A DNA stretch of 63,765 bases, filler included, from Reclinomonas americana ATCC 50394 (lineage: Eukaryota): NCBI GenBank assembly GCA_048213135.1. It is 20 parts of 20 records of this genome, joined end to end, with 100 filler letters (N's around TTAATTAATTAA, not from the genome) between each part and the next. Parts side by side here need not be neighbours in the genome. Positions count along the whole stretch, not along the records: positions 55,791 to 61,371 come from AFZH01024418.1; positions 61,472 to 62,592 come from AFZH01024419.1; positions 62,693 to 63,765 come from AFZH01024434.1; 17 more parts are not named here. The stretch is one strand, 5' to 3'. Made by a program: the position numbers and the translations under genes. The notes beneath the pieces were generated by a model that saw only the letters and a list, made by a program, of their open reading frames with translations, made no database searches and was not told the origin of the DNA. Below, in pieces: positions 59,101 through 63,765 of this stretch (within the stretch, counting starts at the first letter, position 1; each line of letters opens with the position of its first letter).

Positions 59101-60800
59101 GTACCTGCACCCAAAAGAGGTGAGAAGCTGCGGTGACAAGCAACGCCCCTTGGCGGAATAAACGCAACTTTTCCCAGCAGTGGAAACACAGACAGTGCAG
59201 ACGGTGCTCGGTGAGGACATCGCGCGCCTTGGCGAGTCGGCCGCGCAGCTCCAGCACGTGCGACGCCTCCACTCGCTTCGCCACCTCCTCCAGCATGTGC
59301 ACGGCCTTGACGTACGACATGTAGTGCGGTACCACTTGCACTTGCAGCACACTGGCCGCACTCAGGCGCTGCTGGAACGACTGCAGCACTTGATCGTGCA
59401 CGAGATTCACGGGCATCTTGGGCAGGCCCTCCACCAGCACGGTTTGTCTGGTGATATGGTGAGGTGAGTGAGGGGGAAGGATGTAGAGAACAAGAGAGTG
59501 TGCGGAATACCTGGAGACGCGAGCGGCCTGCACAGAGCTCGACATGTCGCGCACTTGGACGAGAGGGCCGTCGGCGCGCAGCTCGTAGTCGGAGGACATG
59601 AGTGGGCGGAGTGCGGGGGGCAGGAAGTGGCGGGCGTCCATGAGGTAAAGGACGACGAGGGCCATGAGGATGGCGGCGGACATGTGGGCCCACAGGCGGC
59701 CGGTTTCTAGGAAGGGGGGATGAGGGGAAGGGTGAGGGGAAAGAAGGGAAGGGGGGAGGGGGTAAGGGGAAGGGGGAAGGGGAGGAAGGCAAAGGCGGAA
59801 GGGGGGAAGGGGGAAGGTGAAGGGGGGAAGGGCGGAAGGGTGAGCGAGATAAAGGGCGACCGCGAGAGGAGCGAGAGAGAGCATGGCGAGAGGAGAGAGA
59901 GCAGGGCGAGAGGAGAGAGAGCATGGCGAGAGGAGAGAGAGCATGGCGAGAGGAGAGAAAGCACGGCAAGAGGAGGGCAGCGAGAGGAGAGAAAGCACGG
60001 CAAGAGGAGGGCAGCGAGAGGAGAGCAGCGAGAGGAGGGAGCAGCGCGAGAGAGGAGAGAGAGCACAGCGAGAGGAGAGAGGGCACGGCGAGAGGAGAGA
60101 GAGCATGGCGAGAGGAGAGAGAGCATGGCGAGAGGAGAGAGAGCAGGGCGAGAGGAGAGAGAGCATGGCGAGAGGAGAGAGAGCATGGCGAGAGGAGAGA
60201 GAGCATGGCGAGAGGAGAGAGAGCATGGCGAGAGGAGAGAGAGCATGGCGAGAGGAGAGAGAGCACGGCGAGAGGAGGGAGAGCAGGGCGAGAGGAGAGA
60301 GAGCACGGCGAGAGGAGAGAGAGCAGGGCGAGAGGAGAGAGCACGGCGAGAGGAAGAGCTGCAAGGGGAGAAATTAGAGAAAGAGGGAGAGTGGGGAAGC
60401 AGCGCGGCAGAGATGAGAGAGAATACTGCTCTTACTACCACTCGGTACGCACCAGTCTGCGTGCCCTCAATGGTGGTCTGCGCCAGTGTTGGATCAATGG
60501 GAGGCGGCATGGCGCCAACCAGACTCGAGCCCGTCATGTTGACGGGGAGCACAATCACGAGCAGGATGGCGGTGATGATGGCCAGCACGAGAATGACCTG
60601 TCGCTGCACGCACAGGTACACACTGGCGTCTTGTCCGATACGGCTGGCCTCCTGCGCGCGGTAGATGAGATTGCGGGGAGGCGTGGAAGATTGTTGGAGG
60701 AGGACGCAACATTCTCGCTGCGCCACACCAGCAGCAGATCGAACCACGAGATGGTACCGGCGCCAACGACTGGCGTGGAGTGCAGAATCGCATCGCACTG
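56197..60800 (-). CDS. TMEM63/OSCA/CSC1 mechanosensitive channel family, both ends incomplete
   Basis: ISWF...IGQDASVYL, IVLPVNMTG, RLWAH, TVLVEGLP, GRAFV, IIWEHM, FSSP, GAFFFSYL and PLG...YLADKY occur in family order. Confidence 0.88.
59867..60355. repeat. 20-bp minisatellite GAGCAYGGCGAGAGGAGAGA, more than 20 copies, in a TMEM63 intron
   Basis: Directly visible; it generates several spurious repetitive ORFs in the track. Confidence 0.95.
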
Positions 60801-61104
60801 GTTTGCTGCAAACATGAAAGGTCGAGGTGAGTGCATTTTTGCATGTCTTCTGTTCCGCCATCGGTGGGTGCAGAAGTCTCAATAGATTCTTGCAACACTC
60901 GGTCATCTCACTCGCTGACACGTTATCTTGCAGCGCTGCTCTTTCTGTCCTTGCATCTCACTTCCACAAGTATGTTTCGCACTGATGAGTCTGCTAAGAG
61001 AGAGAGAGAGAGAGAGAAGACGGAGAAGGAGCAGAAACAAAAAGGTGAAGACGGAGTAGACGCAGAATGAGAAGGAGGACGAAGAGGAACGAGGACGGAG
61101 GTGA

Positions 61105-61371
61105 TGAAGAAAAAGAAGAAGAAACAAGAAGAACAAGAAGAGCAAGAAGAACAAGAAGAATGAGAAGAATGAGAAGAAGAAGAAAGTAGAGAAGGAGAAG
61201 AAGAAGAAGACGAAGAAGGACAAAAAGAAGAAGGAAAACAACAAGGGAAAGAACAACAAGAACAAGAACAAGAAGAACAAGAAGAACAAGAAAGAGGAAG
61301 AAGGGAATGAGGGGAGGAGAAGAGGGAGGAGAAGAGGAAGGAGAAGAAGAAGAAGAAGAAGAAGAAGAAGA
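61105..61371. repeat. (AAG/AAC)n low-complexity tract
   Basis: Directly visible; a similar tract lies at 41475-41630 within an Hsp70-like intron. Confidence 0.85.
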
Positions 61372-61471
61372 NNNNNNNNNNNNNNNNNNNNNNNNNNNNN
61401 NNNNNNNNNNNNNNNTTAATTAATTAANNNNNNNNNNNNNNNNNNNNNNNNNNNNNNNNNNNNNNNNNNNN

Positions 61472-61512
<41 letters not shown>

Positions 61513-62395
61513 GAGAGAGAGAGAGTGAGTCTGAGAAAGAGCGCGCTTTCACTCACCGGCATCTTTGTTGTCTCGACGTCGAATAACTTCGACAGGACTT
61601 CTTGCTGTGACCGCCACCTTGTGCTGCAGCAGTGTGGCATGTGGGCTGTCACGTGCATCTTGTAGCTCTCCATGAGCACTCGTTTGCAGGCTGGCGCAAG
61701 TGACAGGAGAGGATGTGTACTGCGACGTCGACGTTGATATCGGTCGACTGAATTGTACTTGAGTTGTCTGTCAGTGAGAAGCATGCACAAGGAGAGATCG
61801 CGACCATTTGCAGTGTCTATGTCGGTGTCGCGCTCAGCAAGAGCTGCGAGGATCGGTCGATATCGGCGTCGCGATCGACGTCGATTGCAATTGCTTTTGC
61901 TGAAGCGTATCTGTAGTTGTGCGCGTTGCATACACTTTGGGGGCGTGTAGAACCACTTAGCAATCAACTTACCTCAGAAACCCGGCGTGCTGGCTGCTGT
62001 TTCTTCTCCTTCGATCGCGCGCGAATTAAATTAATATTTGTCATTATTTCCTCGGGTTTTCCGCGAAGTCTTCTGGTGCTCACTCACTATAGTGATCACC
62101 ATGAAGCTGTAGTGCTGTTTGGATAGTTGTTGTTGTTGTTGTTGTTGTCTGTGTTCTCTCTCTCTCTCTCTCTCTCTCTCTTTGTCCTGCTCAATTTTCC
62201 GATATCGATCTCGTCCATGTTGAGACGAGGCTTGCACTCTGCCGCCAGCAGTGTGCGATTCACGCAGTTGTTTGCGCCTTCCATTGCTGCACCTGCGTGT
62301 AAGTTGGAGGTTCTCAAGTGTGAACCAACGGAGCTGCCGGTGAGTCAGTGAGGGAAGAGAGAGAAGAGGGAGAGGGTGGGAGAGGGTGAGGGAGA

Positions 62396-62434
<39 letters not shown>

Positions 62435-62519
62435 GAGGGAGAGAGCAGCCAGACAAACAGAACAACACAGACAGAGAGGAAGCAAGAGAGAATGAGTTAT
62501 GCAGCAAATGGAGACAACT

Positions 62520-62577
<58 letters not shown>

Positions 62578-62692
62578 AGAAGAAGGAGAGACNNNNNNNN
62601 NNNNNNNNNNNNNNNNNNNNNNNNNNNNNNNNNNNNTTAATTAATTAANNNNNNNNNNNNNNNNNNNNNNNNNNNNNNNNNNNNNNNNNNNN

Positions 62693-63695
62693 ATCGACAC
62701 TGGCCTACCGTTCGCGGCCATGTGGCGTCAGGCCACTTGCGCATCGTCGTCGTACCCGGACTACGTTCGGGCGTCGGCCACGGGAAGCAGGATCGACGAC
62801 AACAACTGGCATCACATTGGGTGGGACTACAACTGCAGCGACACGATTCTCCGCGTGTATGTGGACGGGCAGTTGGCCGGCACCTCGGCGGCAGTCATCA
62901 CCAACGGCAGCCAGTGCATCAATCCGAATATCAACAATGTTCCGTCGCCGCAAGGCAGTGGCTTCTTTGTCGGCGGCAGGCAGGAGATGTACGCCTCCAA
63001 TGGCGTGTCTCCATACTTTTGCACGCGCTCCCTGTCGGAGGGACGCTGGTTCACGGGCGTTCTCGACGAGCTTCGTTTCTCGACGAGCTCACGCGGTGCA
63101 GCGTACTACCAGCTGCAGTCGTGGTCCATGCAGCAGGTGCTGAACAACCAGTTCACGATGGTGGAGGCGCCGCTGTTCACCTACAGCACCATTTCGCCCG
63201 TTTCTGGTCCCTCCGGTTCGGCGGTGCGAGTGACGGGCACCACGTTTCCCAACACAGTTGATCTCGCGTGCTACGTCAACTCGCAGACACTGACAGCCAG
63301 CTACGTGTCGGCGACCGAGATTGTGTGCTGGGACTTGCCGACGCAGAGCAACGGGTCGCAGAGCACCGTGCTCATCATGTGGCAGAACGACGTGTACAAT
63401 CGGCCAACCTCAGCTCCGACATTCACGTGGGTGGTGCCGCCTGCAGTCACCTCGGTGAATCCGACACTCTCGTCCATCTATGGCGGCATCACGGTGACGG
63501 TGGTGGGTGGCACGTTCACCAGCGGTGGTCAGTTGGCCTGCCGTTTCGGCGACTCCGTGGTCACTGCCACGTACGGCAGCGGGTCACAGATCACGTGCAC
63601 GGTGCCGCCACGAGCGCGTGGCGGAAGTGTGACACTGTCGGCACGCGACGGCAGCAGCACTTTGTGGGGTGCCGGTGTCTCGTTCACTTTTGTCG
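62693..63695 (+). CDS. Internal exon of a large extracellular protein: LamG/concanavalin-like domain plus two IPT/TIG domains (absent from the ORF track)
   Basis: The frame starting at 62693 is open for 334 codons up to the donor G|GTGAGT. It reads DDNNWHHIGW...LRVYVDGQL...FTGVLDELRF (LamG), then ISPVSGPSGSAVRVTGTTF and VTSVNPTLSSIYGGITVTVVGGTF...CRFG...ITCTVPP (IPT). Confidence 0.88.
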
Positions 63696-63765
63696 GTGAG
63701 TTGTTTTATTTTTCCGTGCTCCGTTCAGTCCATCAGTGTGTGTGCGATTTCTCCGCTGAGCTGAC

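Noticed and set aside
58836..60885. Long ORFs of 300-500 aa (LSPCSLSSRHA.., MARGERAWREE..)
   Set aside because: They are translations of the 20-bp intronic minisatellite; only the embedded TMEM63 exons are credible.
61550..62340. Possible minus-strand exons
   Set aside because: Donor-like sites exist but no interpretable protein emerges.

Overview
This is not a contiguous locus. It is 20 short contigs (about 1.1-7.6 kb) joined by 19 artificial 100-bp spacers (44 N + TTAATTAATTAA + 44 N). Eighteen contigs look like an intron-rich, microsatellite-laden microbial eukaryote; the lineage cannot be determined from this window. Recognisable genes, mostly partial: YIPF1/2, NC2beta/DR1, TMEM260, a Sec23/24-type zinc finger-VWA (Cpras1-like) protein, an ABCG/White transporter, WD40 proteins, an ADP-ribosylglycohydrolase, a divergent Hsp70, Enhancer of polycomb, LSM3, a flavin amine oxidase, a Peptidase_S74 fibre-like protein, ATP6AP2, LARP7, TMEM63/OSCA and a LamG+IPT protein. 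Two intronless contigs (16956-18513 rpsT-dnaA; 26320-29420 pcaD-like hydrolase, LysR, dut) are bacterial, the first alphaproteobacterial, and are most likely co-sequenced contaminant. Two signals stand out. (1) A recurrent atypical 5' splice site, non-G|GTTGCGT, at 12 inferred introns in 8 genes, which fits +1-shifted or bulged U1 pairing. (2) A spliced eukaryotic gene encoding a phage-tail-fibre-like repeat protein with an intramolecular-chaperone (S74) autocleavage domain. All gene models were built by eye from reading frame and remembered family motifs; no database search was run.
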